Assembly: GCA_003221005.1 (NCBI GenBank)
Contig: QHTZ01000060.1
Location: 1-24,210 of the forward strand
Reading direction: 5' to 3'
Source: Gemmatimonadota bacterium
Lineage (GTDB): Bacteria > Gemmatimonadota > Gemmatimonadetes > Gemmatimonadales > GWC2-71-9
Length of the DNA stretch: 24,210 nt
Shown here piece after piece: positions 23,905-24,210 of the stretch. The notes under the pieces are model-generated. The model saw nothing but the letters and a program-made list of their open reading frames with translations. It did no database searches and was not told where the DNA came from. The position numbers were made by a program, and so were the translations under genes. Every line of letters begins with the position of its first letter. Within the stretch, counting starts at the first letter, position 1.

Positions 23905-23932
23905 TTGCGGCGCGCTTTGCGCCTAGTAGCTT
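23905..23932 (+). promoter_or_regulatory. Possible sigma-70 promoter for tRNA-Ile
   Basis: TTGCGG (23905-10), 16-bp spacer, TAGCTT (23927-32), 14 nt before the tRNA. Confidence 0.4.
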
Positions 23933-23946
23933 ACGAAAGTTGTTGG

Positions 23947-24020
<74 letters not shown>

Positions 24021-24210
24021 TTGGTTGTACCCGTCGCACCCGCCTGTCTTGCATCTCACGACTCATCTGTAGCGGGCTTGCAGCAGACGAGCTAGCCAGG
24101 CTCGGGTGATCACCGCTTCTTCCAGTTCCGTCGGAGCACGACGGACCTCATAGCGTGGCGGGCACGCGACGGCCATCTAAGGCCTGATCCCGCGGCGTAT
24201 GACTTGCGGT

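Noticed and set aside
24021-24210. Short minus-strand ORFs after the tRNA
   Set aside because: Under 40 aa, no recognisable motif, and at the window edge, so they cannot be supported.

Overview
GC-rich (about 70%, estimated by eye) bacterial chromosomal window. Gene style and content suggest a Gemmatimonadota-like soil bacterium, which is inference only. Left to right: the 5' part of an M28-type peptidase (-); a secreted DUF4384 protein with a CxxCH motif and a His-rich tripeptide repeat, apparently under a sigma-54 promoter (-); an operon DUF58 / BatA-vWA / mfd / parvulin lipoprotein / surA (broken by an internal deletion and frameshift) / pdxA (+); hlyC-corC family / hisZ / hisG (-), divergent from hisD / Zn-CDF transporter / typA / a small, extremely acidic ORF (+); then a more accessory minus-strand block (5'-damaged GT2, triple-receiver hybrid histidine kinase, 117-aa HExxH lipoprotein, DUF4389, VIT1/CCC1 pseudogene) ending at a free-standing tRNA-Ile(GAT). 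Most of the window is housekeeping, and I see no CRISPR array, transposase, integrase or RT. The observations most worth following up are a dispersed (GACGCCAC)2 palindromic element at both convergent gene junctions, the sigma-54-type DUF4384/CxxCH gene, the acidic protein after typA, a 13-bp inverted-repeat-bounded 121-nt element, and a VIT1 pseudogene whose two frameshifts compensate to leave a novel open ORF. All family calls come from motif recognition by eye, not database searches.
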